Below are positions 37,829-47,058 of a DNA stretch of 64,000 nt, piece by piece. Numbering within the stretch: the stretch's first letter is position 1; every line of letters starts with the position of its first letter. The notes below the pieces were generated by a model. The model saw nothing but the letters and a program-made list of their open reading frames with translations. It ran no database searches and had not been told where the DNA came from. Location of the stretch: NCBI GenBank assembly GCA_963836235.1, contig CAWIIP010000002.1, positions 576,001 to 640,000 on the forward strand. The letters are read 5' to 3'. A program made the translations under genes and the position numbers. Source of the DNA: an uncultured Pseudomonadota bacterium. GTDB taxonomy: Bacteria > Oederibacteriota > Muellerivitia > Muellerivitales > Muellerivitaceae.

Positions 37829-38371
37829 TTAGAGATTCGACTGCCCTGCTTTTCCCGCCTTGACCTTCACTTTTTTTTCTTCTTCCTCATGGACCTTCTT
37901 GCCCCGAGAGATCGCCACTTCGCCGGTACGGACCAGTTCCAAAATGCCATAGTTGCTCAAGAGCTCGACCATGGCGTTGATTTTGCTTTCCTTGCCTGTG
38001 ACCTCGACGATGAAGCTCTTCAGGGCCACATCCACGATCTTGCCGTCGAAGCACTGGACGATTTCCATGACCTGGCTTCGCGTATGGGCTTCCGCTCGCA
38101 CTTTGATCAGGGCCAGGTCCCGACCGATGAAATCCTCATGGGTCAGGTCGATGACCTTGATGACGTCGATCAGTTTGTTCAGCTGTTTTTCCACCTGGTC
38201 AATGATCCGCTCGTCGCCCCTCACCACGATGGTGATGCGGGAAACTTTGGGGTCATCCGTCACGCCCACCACCAGGCTGTCGATGTTATAGCCCCGGGCC
38301 GAAAAGAGGTTGGAAACACGGGACAAGACTCCCGCGTGATTGTTCACTAAAACCGAAATTGTGTGTCGCAT
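37829..38371 (-). CDS. ilvN: Acetolactate synthase small subunit
   Basis: ISVLV.N..GVL.RV..LF..RGYNI, KQLNKLIDV, ELVRTG. Confidence 0.97.
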   Translation of the reverse strand: MRHTISVLVNNHAGVLSRVSNLFSARGYNIDSLVVGVTDDPKVSRITIVVRGDERIIDQVEKQLNKLIDVIKVIDLTHEDFIGRDLALIKVRAEAHTRSQVMEIVQCFDGKIVDVALKSFIVEVTGKESKINAMVELLSNYGILELVRTGEVAISRGKKVHEEEEKKVKVKAGKAGQSNL

Positions 38372-38386
38372 AAGTTTTCCTTTCTC

Positions 38387-40150
38387 TTACAGGTGGACTT
38401 GGGTTGGTTTTTTGGGCCCTTTTTGGGACCGGGCTTCCATCACTTTTTCCATTTGGTGGGCCTTGGAAAGGACGATGTCCTTCACCGCCCCGCCCGCCGG
38501 AACCATGGGATAAACATGTTCTTCGGCGTCCACGACCACGTCCACGATGCAGGGGCCCTTTTTCGTCAGGGCTTCTTCCAACACCTTACTCGTGTCCTTG
38601 GGAGTCTCAGCGCGGTATCCCGCGATGCCATAGGCCTCGGCCAGCTTCACGAAATCCGGCTGGGCCGGGATCGAGGTGGAGGCGTAGCGCTTGTCGAAAA
38701 AGAGGTCTTGCCACTGCTTGACCATGCCCATGAACTTGTTGTTGATGATGATGACCTTCACATTGAGCTCGTACTCCTTGACGATGGCTAGTTCCTGCAG
38801 GGTCATCTGGAAGCTCCCGTCCCCTGCCACGTCCACGACCGTGGCGCCGGGGTGGGCAAAGGCCGCCCCGATGGCGGCCGGAAAACCGAAACCCATCGTG
38901 CCCAACCCGCCAGAAGTCAGCCAACGGCGGGGCTTGTTGAACTTGTAATACTGCGCCGCCCACATCTGGTGCTGGCCCACTTCGGTGGCAATATAGGCGT
39001 CGCCCTTGGTGATGCGGTATATCTCGTCGATGGCAAATTGGGGCAACACTGGACCTTTGGGATCCTGTTGATAACCCAAGGGATGATTCACATGCCAGTT
39101 ATCGAGTTCTTCGTACCAGGCCTCGTATTCCTTGGAACCGACCTTTTTAGCGAGATCCTTCAGGATGAAACGCATATCCCCCAGCACGTGGGCGTCCACT
39201 TTGACATTCTTGCCAATCGAGGTAGGGTCCACATCGATGTGGGCCTTTTTGGAATGGGGCGAGAACTCGCTGAGCTTACCCGTCACCCGGTCGTCAAACC
39301 GGCTGCCGATGGCCAACAGGAGGTCGCAATGGGTGAGGGCCATATTGGCGCGGTAGGAACCGTGCATCCCCAGCATATCGATGAACTGCCGGTCGGTGGC
39401 CGGATAGGCGCCCAGGCCCATCAGGGTCAAGGTGACCGGGATATTGGTTTTGCGGGCGAACTTGTAGAGTTCTTCCGAGGCCCCGGCATTGACCACCCCA
39501 CCACCGGCGTAAATCAGGGGCTTCTTGGCATGCTTGATCAACTCGGCGATCTTGTCGATCTGGCTGATATCGGGCGTCGGAACGAACTTGGACAGGGGAA
39601 TGGAAGCCTTGTCCGGTATTTCCACTTCCGCGGAAGCCGCGGCAATGTCCTTGGGAATATCCACCAAAACGGGCCCAGGCCTTCCCGTGCGGGCGATGAA
39701 GAAGGCGTCCCTCATAATCTGCGGCAGTTCCTGGATGTTCTTGACCAGGTAATTGTGCTTGGTACAGGACCGGGTGATCCCCACCACATCCGCTTCCTGG
39801 AATCCGTCTGTTCCAATGAGGGCCGTGGGCACTTGGCCCGTAATGGCGACCAGGGGAACCGAATCCATATAAGCGTCGGCTAGGCCGGTCACAATGTTGG
39901 TGGCGCCAGGACCGGACGTAACGACGCAAACCCCCACCTTTCCGGTGGACTTGGCAAAACCCTCCGCCATATGCACCGCGCCTTGTTCGTGGCGGGTGTC
40001 GATGAGCTTGATTTTGTCCCGGTTCAAATAAAGGGCGTCATACACGGGCAAAATGGCCCCGCCCGTCACGCCCCAGGCCATGGTCACGCCTTCATCAAGC
40101 AGGATCTCCACGATCATTTGCGCCCCGGTTTTCAGTTTAGTCTTTGCCAT
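38387..40150 (-). CDS. ilvB: Acetolactate synthase large subunit (biosynthetic)
   Basis: RHEQGAVHMAEG, TSGPGATN, FQEAD, GMHG, SGGLGTMGFG, GDGSFQM. Confidence 0.98.
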   Translation of the reverse strand: MAKTKLKTGAQMIVEILLDEGVTMAWGVTGGAILPVYDALYLNRDKIKLIDTRHEQGAVHMAEGFAKSTGKVGVCVVTSGPGATNIVTGLADAYMDSVPLVAITGQVPTALIGTDGFQEADVVGITRSCTKHNYLVKNIQELPQIMRDAFFIARTGRPGPVLVDIPKDIAAASAEVEIPDKASIPLSKFVPTPDISQIDKIAELIKHAKKPLIYAGGGVVNAGASEELYKFARKTNIPVTLTLMGLGAYPATDRQFIDMLGMHGSYRANMALTHCDLLLAIGSRFDDRVTGKLSEFSPHSKKAHIDVDPTSIGKNVKVDAHVLGDMRFILKDLAKKVGSKEYEAWYEELDNWHVNHPLGYQQDPKGPVLPQFAIDEIYRITKGDAYIATEVGQHQMWAAQYYKFNKPRRWLTSGGLGTMGFGFPAAIGAAFAHPGATVVDVAGDGSFQMTLQELAIVKEYELNVKVIIINNKFMGMVKQWQDLFFDKRYASTSIPAQPDFVKLAEAYGIAGYRAETPKDTSKVLEEALTKKGPCIVDVVVDAEEHVYPMVPAGGAVKDIVLSKAHQMEKVMEARSQKGPKKPTQVHL

Positions 40151-40320
40151 CGTTATCTCCCTTAAGGTCCACGCCCTTTTTCAGGCGTGAAAGACTCAGA
40201 TTTTACAATAATTACTGGCTTTTTCGAGGGTTAAACAGGGTGAAAAGTCCCTTCGAACCTGAAAAAAGCCTTATAAACCCATGTTTAGGGGATCGTCGCT
40301 TGGGCGGGACATTCGCGGAT

Positions 40321-40365
40321 AAAAAAAAAGCCGCGGTGGCCCGTTTGAAGCGGGCCCCGCGGCTT
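40321..40365 (-). terminator. Attenuator terminator upstream of ilvB
   Basis: Minus strand AAGCCGCGG-GGCCCG-loop-CGGGCC-A-CCGCGGC followed by T9. Confidence 0.9.
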
Positions 40366-40376
40366 GGTAGCCGTCT

Positions 40377-40454
40377 TTAGGAGCGAACCGCCTCCGGACG
40401 CAATACGAGTACCAATACCAAAAGAACTGGATTCATTGCGTTTCCGAAGGTCAT
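40377..40454 (-). CDS. Leu/Val-rich attenuator leader peptide (MTFGNAMNPVLLVLVLVLRPEAVRS)
   Basis: 25-aa ORF with AGGAG RBS; nine consecutive Val/Leu codons; lies between the promoter and the terminator upstream of ilvB. Confidence 0.9.
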   Translation of the reverse strand: MTFGNAMNPVLLVLVLVLRPEAVRS

Positions 40455-40488
40455 GAAAAGCTCCTAAAAAAATAACTGCTTGGCCGAA

Positions 40489-40517
40489 ACTATACTCAGC
40501 GGTGAACCGCTTGTCAA
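40489..40517 (-). promoter_or_regulatory. Sigma70 promoter of the ilv-leu leader
   Basis: Minus strand TTGACA-17 nt-TATAGT. Confidence 0.85.
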
Positions 40518-40534
40518 GCGGTGTAACGACAAGG

Positions 40535-41233
40535 CTAGTTGGCGAAAAAATGCAGCAAACACCATATCAGTCCGAGGACAATCACCCATGCCGCGAAAGA
40601 GTTTTTAAAATCGTCCCACCAAATCATTCCTTTTGTATCGGACAGATAACGCTTAAACCGTCCTAAAAAGTAAATGAGGGGCGGTAAAAGAATGACCAGG
40701 ATGATCGCAATGAGCACAGCTTCATTTTGAAATTCCTGGTGCTTCAACATTTTCAAGGCTAAAAATAGCGTGATCAAAACCATCATCGATTGGGCGACCC
40801 AAAAACTGACATATTCCAAAAGATGGGGTGGCAGTTGAAATAGTTTGGTCTGCCAGGAATGGTCCGAAATTAAAGAAGTGTCATCCTCGTCCGAAAGTCT
40901 GGTTCCGCACCGGTAACAAAATTTAACCGTCTTTCCTTTGGAAAATAAGCTTTGGTTTAAAATCGCATTCTTATGTTCGCAGGATTGGACGATCCAGCCG
41001 ATGGAGATCGAGAACCAAACACTGAGGGCGATTTGGAGCAATAACCCGATCCAAACGAATTGATAATCATAATTGCTGGAAATCACCGTCAAGGATAGGT
41101 TTAAGAAAATAAACCAGTACCAGGGTTCGAGCAAGCGGATATGCCGTATATCGTCGGAAGTCTCCAGGAAAAATCTCCACGCTTTCGAAATCAGTAAAAT
41201 CAAAACAATCAAGATCACGAAAGTTAGAATCAT
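40535..41233 (-). CDS. Hypothetical membrane protein with CxxC (zinc-ribbon-like) loop
   Basis: About six TM segments; SCEH ... FCYRCGTRL. Confidence 0.7.
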   Translation of the reverse strand: MILTFVILIVLILLISKAWRFFLETSDDIRHIRLLEPWYWFIFLNLSLTVISSNYDYQFVWIGLLLQIALSVWFSISIGWIVQSCEHKNAILNQSLFSKGKTVKFCYRCGTRLSDEDDTSLISDHSWQTKLFQLPPHLLEYVSFWVAQSMMVLITLFLALKMLKHQEFQNEAVLIAIILVILLPPLIYFLGRFKRYLSDTKGMIWWDDFKNSFAAWVIVLGLIWCLLHFFAN

Positions 41234-41276
41234 ATTTCCCCACCTTTAAATCATGGTTTTGGGATGGAAAATTTCT

Positions 41277-43373
41277 TCACTGTTGGCTTTCAAGATACGA
41301 AAGGGTGTCTTGAACGTTAGTGTAATTCGGAATGGATTGGGCGGCCATCAAATAGGCTCGACGGGCTTCTTGGGGCTGGTGATTGAGAAGGTAAAAATTC
41401 CCCAATTTGTAATACAAATTAGCGGCGGGATAACCTTTTTCAATCGCCCGGCGAAGAGCCTGAATATTGGGCCCCAAGTCGGTGCCAAAATGATACTGGG
41501 CCGCCCACTCCCCATAACAGGACTCCAAAAAGGGGTCGCCGGCCATCAAGGGCAGTCCTTCGGACAACTTTTGAATCGTCAATAAATATTGGCTTCGATC
41601 GTTCATCGTATTTTCAGCCTTGATCGTCAACTGATGGAAATATTGGTGGGCAATGGCCCACTTGGAAAAAATTTCTAAATTTTGCGGGGTGAGAGAAATA
41701 ATTCCGACCGCCGATCCCCCATCAGCGACGGCATAAGGCGTAATTCGGTACCAATGGGATTCGGGAAAACGCTTGAATAGAAAAGGAACGTAATGGACAT
41801 TGGTGACCACGCCCGCCCATCTGGCATTCTTGATTTGAAATTTTGGATTTAACAAGGAGTTAAAATGATAACTTGTCACATTCAAGGTATGGTCATGGTC
41901 CAAGAGAATAAAATCCGTGAAGATCAGCCCCGGTCCCTCCGATTGGGCCATGGGTTTCAGTTTTTCGTAAGCCCAATAATTTTCGTCCTGAATGTTTGCG
42001 GCGGGGCGGAAAGGGAGAATAGCGATATCGGAAATTTTAAGTAAATGAATTAAATCCAATGAAAAAGAAAGAAGGAGGATCACCAAAAACACAGGCAAAC
42101 CTTTTCGATCAGGAATGAACTCCAGAAGCCAAACCATTCCGATACTGGCAACGAGGATTAAAAGAGGCATCAATTGGATGACCCTAAACATTTCAACGTG
42201 ATCCGCTGACAAAACACCCGGCAAGCTAAATAAAACAAGGGCGCCTAAGATGGACTTCGCCAACCCGTCCCCATTTTCTTTAAGTAGACGAATTACCCCG
42301 ATAAAAAAACAGGAACCCAGGAAGGGGTTCAACATCCCACCCCAAATAGGACCATAAGCCGCGGGGCCTTTGATGGTCCCCCAAAAAAAGGCCGTAAAAT
42401 ACGAAATAGAATTTATAAACTGTTCTTTCCAATTAAAATACCCGCTAAATAACGAAACACCCAGAACGTAGCCTCCAAACTTCTCATGAATGGCGGCGAC
42501 CACCCATGGAAGGGCGCCCAAAATCAAAAAAAACAGGAAAACCCAAAAGAACTTGAATTTGCGCAACCGATCTTTCGCTTCCAAGACAAACAGAGCCAGG
42601 ACCAAAAAGAAAAGAACCGCGAACCAGGAAGTGTAGGCCCAAGTTCCGAGGCCGGCACAAAGGCCCAGCCCCGCTACGAAATGGGTTTTGGATTTTGGCG
42701 TTAGGGATTTCAAGTAATAACCTAACAATAAAAAGGCGATCGTTTCAAATAGAGGAATCAAAACACCTTGTACGCAAAATCTGCCTAAACACATGGGCCA
42801 AAAACTAACGGCGGCTAAGCAAAAATAAATAGCCGAAACATTACGGGAGAAAAACAATCGGGCTGTCCAGTAACTGAGAAAAACAAAAAAAACCGAAACA
42901 CAAGCGGGGAAAAACCAAAGATTTAAAAAGGGGGATTCAAAATACTGGAAAAACCATTTCAACAGCCAAATAAGCAGGGGAGGATGTTGCCCCGTGGTGT
43001 AAAAGAACCTCCAATTCCAATCGTGGATGAGATCAATTGCGAATAAACCTTGAAGACTTTCATCTCCCGAAGGCCACAAGTGGAAAGTTTGAAGCCGATA
43101 AAACCGGGTAATAATTGTAGTGATCGAAAAAAGAAGGAAAAGTATCTTAGGAAAAAAAGGAAGGTCCACAGCTGAAGAAGTACAGCTATCGGAATGTCCG
43201 CAAACAGTTATCGATCTCAAGGCTATATAAATGGGAAGAACCACCCCAAAAACAAAAAATAGCCCTTTCGCCTGAATACTAAAAGAGGCATAAGATAAAA
43301 AAGCATTCGCCAGATTAAGTACAAGAAAAAGAAGCCATAAACCCAAACCTTTTTGAGACTCCAATGCTTTCAA
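41277..43373 (-). CDS. GT-C (PMT/ArnT-like) membrane glycosyltransferase with C-terminal TPR
   Basis: RFYRL...WPSGDE...HPPL first-loop motif, many TM helices, soluble C-domain, TPR-like LYYKLGNFY...EARRAY. Confidence 0.75.
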   Translation of the reverse strand: MKALESQKGLGLWLLFLVLNLANAFLSYASFSIQAKGLFFVFGVVLPIYIALRSITVCGHSDSCTSSAVDLPFFPKILFLLFSITTIITRFYRLQTFHLWPSGDESLQGLFAIDLIHDWNWRFFYTTGQHPPLLIWLLKWFFQYFESPFLNLWFFPACVSVFFVFLSYWTARLFFSRNVSAIYFCLAAVSFWPMCLGRFCVQGVLIPLFETIAFLLLGYYLKSLTPKSKTHFVAGLGLCAGLGTWAYTSWFAVLFFLVLALFVLEAKDRLRKFKFFWVFLFFLILGALPWVVAAIHEKFGGYVLGVSLFSGYFNWKEQFINSISYFTAFFWGTIKGPAAYGPIWGGMLNPFLGSCFFIGVIRLLKENGDGLAKSILGALVLFSLPGVLSADHVEMFRVIQLMPLLILVASIGMVWLLEFIPDRKGLPVFLVILLLSFSLDLIHLLKISDIAILPFRPAANIQDENYWAYEKLKPMAQSEGPGLIFTDFILLDHDHTLNVTSYHFNSLLNPKFQIKNARWAGVVTNVHYVPFLFKRFPESHWYRITPYAVADGGSAVGIISLTPQNLEIFSKWAIAHQYFHQLTIKAENTMNDRSQYLLTIQKLSEGLPLMAGDPFLESCYGEWAAQYHFGTDLGPNIQALRRAIEKGYPAANLYYKLGNFYLLNHQPQEARRAYLMAAQSIPNYTNVQDTLSYLESQQ

Positions 43374-43419
43374 TTCGACTCCAATTCACAAAGGTTTGTC
43401 TTTCGACCAAATTCATTTT

Positions 43420-45501
43420 TCAATTTTCGATGGTGAAGTTATTTTTGATTTTAAATTTTGATTCCACTTCGATGGCCTTTCGAAGTGCCTTCTGGGCCTC
43501 CTCGGTCCGATGTTGTTGGAAGAGAAGCTCAGCCAATTTCTGATACAAATGAACTGCCGGATACCCTTGTCGGATGGCCTTTTGGAGAGCGACAATATTT
43601 TCAAGATAAGAGGGGCTGAAAAAATACTGTGAAAACCATTCCCAATAGCAAGCCTCCATAAATCGGTCGCCTTTGACACTGTCATAACTTTTAACAAGGT
43701 ATTGGACGGATTGTTCGTATTTTTCTTTTTGGTTGTAGCTTCCTTCCCCATCCAGTTGGAATTGATGGAAAACCATTTGGGCTTTAATCCAATTCTTTAT
43801 CGTTTCCCGATTGTCGTTGGTGACGGATAAAACTCCAAGCGCCAAACCTCCTTCCAGTTCGGGGATGCCATTCCCGACCCAATACCATTTCGATTTGGGA
43901 AACCGCTTGGACAAAAAAGGCTGATAATGGATGTTGGTTAAGATGGCCGCCCAACTTGCGGTTCCAGAATCCAATCCCGGATTAATGGCCGAGTTAAAGG
44001 GATAGGTGGTTACAAAAAGGGAGTGGCCATATTGAACGGGAAGAAAATCAGTGAAAATGATACCTGGCCCCCAGTTTAAACGAAGCGAGTTTAATATTTG
44101 ATAGGCCTTTAGATTCGGGTCAAGAGAGGCGTTCGATCCATTTTCCCTGGCACGGAAATACACTACAGCTGGCCTTAGAAGCTGATTCGCGTCCAACAGG
44201 AAGGATAAAAATAGCAACCCGCAAAGAGCCATTTTGCGTTTGTTTTCATTCCCAATTTCCAAAAGAAGTTTTTGTAAGCCTAACACAACGATCAACAATA
44301 AAAACGGCATCACCTGGATAATACGATTCAATTCAACATAATCCCCCGCCAAGAAGGCTGGCAATATGCATAAGACAAATCCCAAACCTAGCCATTTCGA
44401 CAGTGTTTCGGAACGTTCTTGATAAAGCCCTAATATTCCCATAAAAAAACAAGAGGTCAAAATCGGATTCAAAATCCCACCCCAGGTTGGGCCATAGGAA
44501 GAATCCGTTTGCAATGAACCCCAAAAAAGAGAGGTGATATAAGAAAAGTGGGTTATGACTTGATGCGAGCTGGAAAACCAATGGCCCATAGCGGATGAAT
44601 CAGTCAAATGATGACCATAACCCTCCTTAAATGAAGCCAAGGCAAATGGGAGCAACCCCAGCGACAAAGAAATAAAAAATAAAAAAGCGTTAGAAATTAA
44701 TTTTTTGTAGGCAAGAACCAAAATAATCCCGAATAAAAAAAACAATACGAAAACCCAGGAAATAAAAGTGAAAGTTCCTAGACCACACCAAATTCCCATT
44801 AAAAAAGGCCACAAAATCGGTTTAGGGCTCGGAAGACTTTTGATCCAGCGAAAAAAGATCAAAAAACTGGAAAATTCCCAAAAAGGAACAAAAAGTCCTT
44901 GATGGCAAAAACGGCTGAGATAGAGCGGCCAAAAGCTGAAAGCTAATAAGAAGGCTAAGAGAACTGAAGAGGATTTAGATAAAAATTCCCGGCCGCAAAA
45001 ATAGCCTAATGGAATCGTAATGGCTGAAAACAATGCAGGTAATAACCATAACGCCACAAAAGGAGATTTAAACATTTTTAAAAAAAGAGCCAGTGTCCAA
45101 ATGAGAAAGGGAGGATGTTCGCCTACCGTATAAAAAAATTGCCAATTCCAATTTTTTAAAAGGGAGAGGGCCAGGAACCCATGCAACGCCTCGTCGCCCG
45201 TCGGCCATAAATAAATTTGGGTTAATCTATAAAAACGGATGAGAACGGAAAGAAGTCCAAGTACAACCCAAATCGCCGTTGTATTGGAAAGTGTGAAGGT
45301 TTCTTTTTGATTTATCTTTTCCACCCCGATCACTTGAGGGGTGAGTGATGCCAGGAAAAACGCGATAGGGATGAAAATGCCAAAAAAGAAAATCCATCCT
45401 TTCGCCTGATAAGAAAAAACAGAATAAGATAAAAAACAATTGGAAACAAAAAACAAGAGAAAATAAATCAAAAAATATTGTTTTTGATTTTCGTTTTTCA
45501 A
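43420..45501 (-). CDS. GT-C (PMT/ArnT-like) membrane glycosyltransferase with C-terminal TPR, paralog of the neighbouring gene
   Basis: RFYRL...WPTGDE...HPPF, GPTWGG.LNP, IFTDF, TNIHY.PFL; TTG start overlapping the upstream TGA. Confidence 0.75.
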   Translation of the reverse strand: MKNENQKQYFLIYFLLFFVSNCFLSYSVFSYQAKGWIFFFGIFIPIAFFLASLTPQVIGVEKINQKETFTLSNTTAIWVVLGLLSVLIRFYRLTQIYLWPTGDEALHGFLALSLLKNWNWQFFYTVGEHPPFLIWTLALFLKMFKSPFVALWLLPALFSAITIPLGYFCGREFLSKSSSVLLAFLLAFSFWPLYLSRFCHQGLFVPFWEFSSFLIFFRWIKSLPSPKPILWPFLMGIWCGLGTFTFISWVFVLFFLFGIILVLAYKKLISNAFLFFISLSLGLLPFALASFKEGYGHHLTDSSAMGHWFSSSHQVITHFSYITSLFWGSLQTDSSYGPTWGGILNPILTSCFFMGILGLYQERSETLSKWLGLGFVLCILPAFLAGDYVELNRIIQVMPFLLLIVVLGLQKLLLEIGNENKRKMALCGLLFLSFLLDANQLLRPAVVYFRARENGSNASLDPNLKAYQILNSLRLNWGPGIIFTDFLPVQYGHSLFVTTYPFNSAINPGLDSGTASWAAILTNIHYQPFLSKRFPKSKWYWVGNGIPELEGGLALGVLSVTNDNRETIKNWIKAQMVFHQFQLDGEGSYNQKEKYEQSVQYLVKSYDSVKGDRFMEACYWEWFSQYFFSPSYLENIVALQKAIRQGYPAVHLYQKLAELLFQQHRTEEAQKALRKAIEVESKFKIKNNFTIEN

Positions 45502-46223
45502 CGAAGCCAAACTTGGCCAATTTCTAGTAAAACAATAATCAAAATCCAACAACCAAATATAACCCGGCCCATTCTTGAGAAAATTCCAATTTTGTTACCC
45601 GATTCTTTTTTCAAGAACAAGAAAAACAGATAATTCAAAAAACAACCTCCTAAAAAACAAAAGACTAACAAAAAATGCGGCTCAAAATCTTTAACTGTTT
45701 TAAAAACAAGAACTACTGAAATCCAAAAATAAAAACATATCCATCCAATAAACCAATAATGAATTGCTTTTTCTTTCCAACCTGCAACTTTCGACATCTT
45801 TTTGTAATTCGAATCAACGTACCCTATTGTGAAAAGAAATAAGCAAATAAAAAGCAGTCCTGTTCCAAAGCACTTCAGAAAATCGAATGTTTGAAATTGA
45901 ATGGAAAGACCAAAAATACTGTCAGCCCATAACAAAAAATAGGTCATCGATAACAAATTTGAGACAATTCCCGCAGTTAAAACAGTAATCCAACTCATCA
46001 ATAGCGTCCCAAGAACAGCGCAAAGAGCCGCTGATCCAAACAAGGCCCACTTGATCAAGCTCGTGTTTGAGAAATCAGAAATTTCATTCGTCATCAGAAA
46101 ACCATGGGGATCTTTAGAAATTGGAGTCAATATAAGAAAAAGAAAAACAAGGCTTGTGGTTGCACAAAAAAAAACGAAAACCTCAAAATATTCTTTAGCC
46201 ATTTGAACCATTTGCCCGCCCAT
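45498..46223 (-). CDS. Hypothetical integral membrane protein
   Basis: About seven hydrophobic segments; translationally coupled to the GT-C gene. Confidence 0.65.
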   Translation of the reverse strand: MGGQMVQMAKEYFEVFVFFCATTSLVFLFLILTPISKDPHGFLMTNEISDFSNTSLIKWALFGSAALCAVLGTLLMSWITVLTAGIVSNLLSMTYFLLWADSIFGLSIQFQTFDFLKCFGTGLLFICLFLFTIGYVDSNYKKMSKVAGWKEKAIHYWFIGWICFYFWISVVLVFKTVKDFEPHFLLVFCFLGGCFLNYLFFLFLKKESGNKIGIFSRMGRVIFGCWILIIVLLEIGQVWLR

Positions 46224-46471
46224 TTATTTTTGGATATGCGATTTCATATAACCGTATCATCCGCCAAAATGAGGAGGAAAGAAAATAGTGAAAAATCACC
46301 TTTATGTTGAATAACCCCAATTTTATTGAAGAAATCATCTAACAAATAGCTATTTATCCTATTGATTCATAATATAACATAATATATCATAACATTGTTT
46401 TAGTTTTCAGTCTAATGAACTTAGCAAGTGTGTTCAAAATTAATGAGGCTATTAACCCAAAGGAGCGTCAA

Positions 46472-46942
46472 ATGAAACAAAAATGGTCGAAAGAAAAAAT
46501 TGTTGAAATTGTGCAACAATTACAAAAACAAAATATAGATATTTCAGCAAGTAATATTTCAAAAAATTATATTCCACTTTTTACTGCCGCCTGCTCCCGC
46601 CGCTATTTTTCTAGCTGGGCAAATGCGATAAATGCAGCTGGTATTGATTACGAGCAAATATTGGAAGCCGGAAAGAGTCGCCGCCGTAAAAAATTAACAA
46701 AATGGTCTAAGGAACAGGTACTAGAGGAAGTTCGCAGAGCAGAATCGCAAAATCTGTTAACAACTTACCGTGACAGATTAGCTCTTTATTCGGCTGCTCG
46801 AAGGGAATTTGGAAGTTGGAAACAGGCTTTGGAAGCGGCGGGATTTCGCTTAACAAAAGGTTCTCATAAAAATTCAAATCAGATTTTTCGTTCAGAAGAA
46901 AATACCATCGAGACAAAAAAATCTTTGGATATCAATGTTTAA
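46472..46942 (+). CDS. Two-repeat helical putative nucleic-acid-binding protein (resembles the homing-endonuclease-associated repeat)
   Basis: AAGGAG RBS before ATG 46472; two copies of KWSKE...L(F/Y)(T/S)AA.R.F(S/G)SW..A(I/L).AAG. Confidence 0.75.
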   Translation: MKQKWSKEKIVEIVQQLQKQNIDISASNISKNYIPLFTAACSRRYFSSWANAINAAGIDYEQILEAGKSRRRKKLTKWSKEQVLEEVRRAESQNLLTTYRDRLALYSAARREFGSWKQALEAAGFRLTKGSHKNSNQIFRSEENTIETKKSLDINV

Positions 46943-47058
46943 TAATTTTACCTATTTCTAATAAACTTTCTCATTCTCAATAAAATAAACCTTACTTATT
47001 AATTTTTGATCGAACTGATGAGTTCAAACTGTGGTTACAATGTATTTCCTTTTGATAT

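Noticed and set aside
36700-39883. Long + strand ORFs (387 aa and 343 aa), and similar ones opposite gatB, pcrA and leuA
   Set aside because: Antisense shadows of GC-rich, codon-biased genes with no protein motifs
46372-46399. dif-like site (ATATAACATAA resembles the XerD arm)
   Set aside because: The other arm lacks the inverted TTAT core, and gene orientation does not switch across the site
47011-47025. CGAACTGATGAGTTC as a Gram-positive-type LexA box
   Set aside because: The spacer between GAAC and GTTC is 6 nt rather than 4; it remains only an unassigned short palindrome
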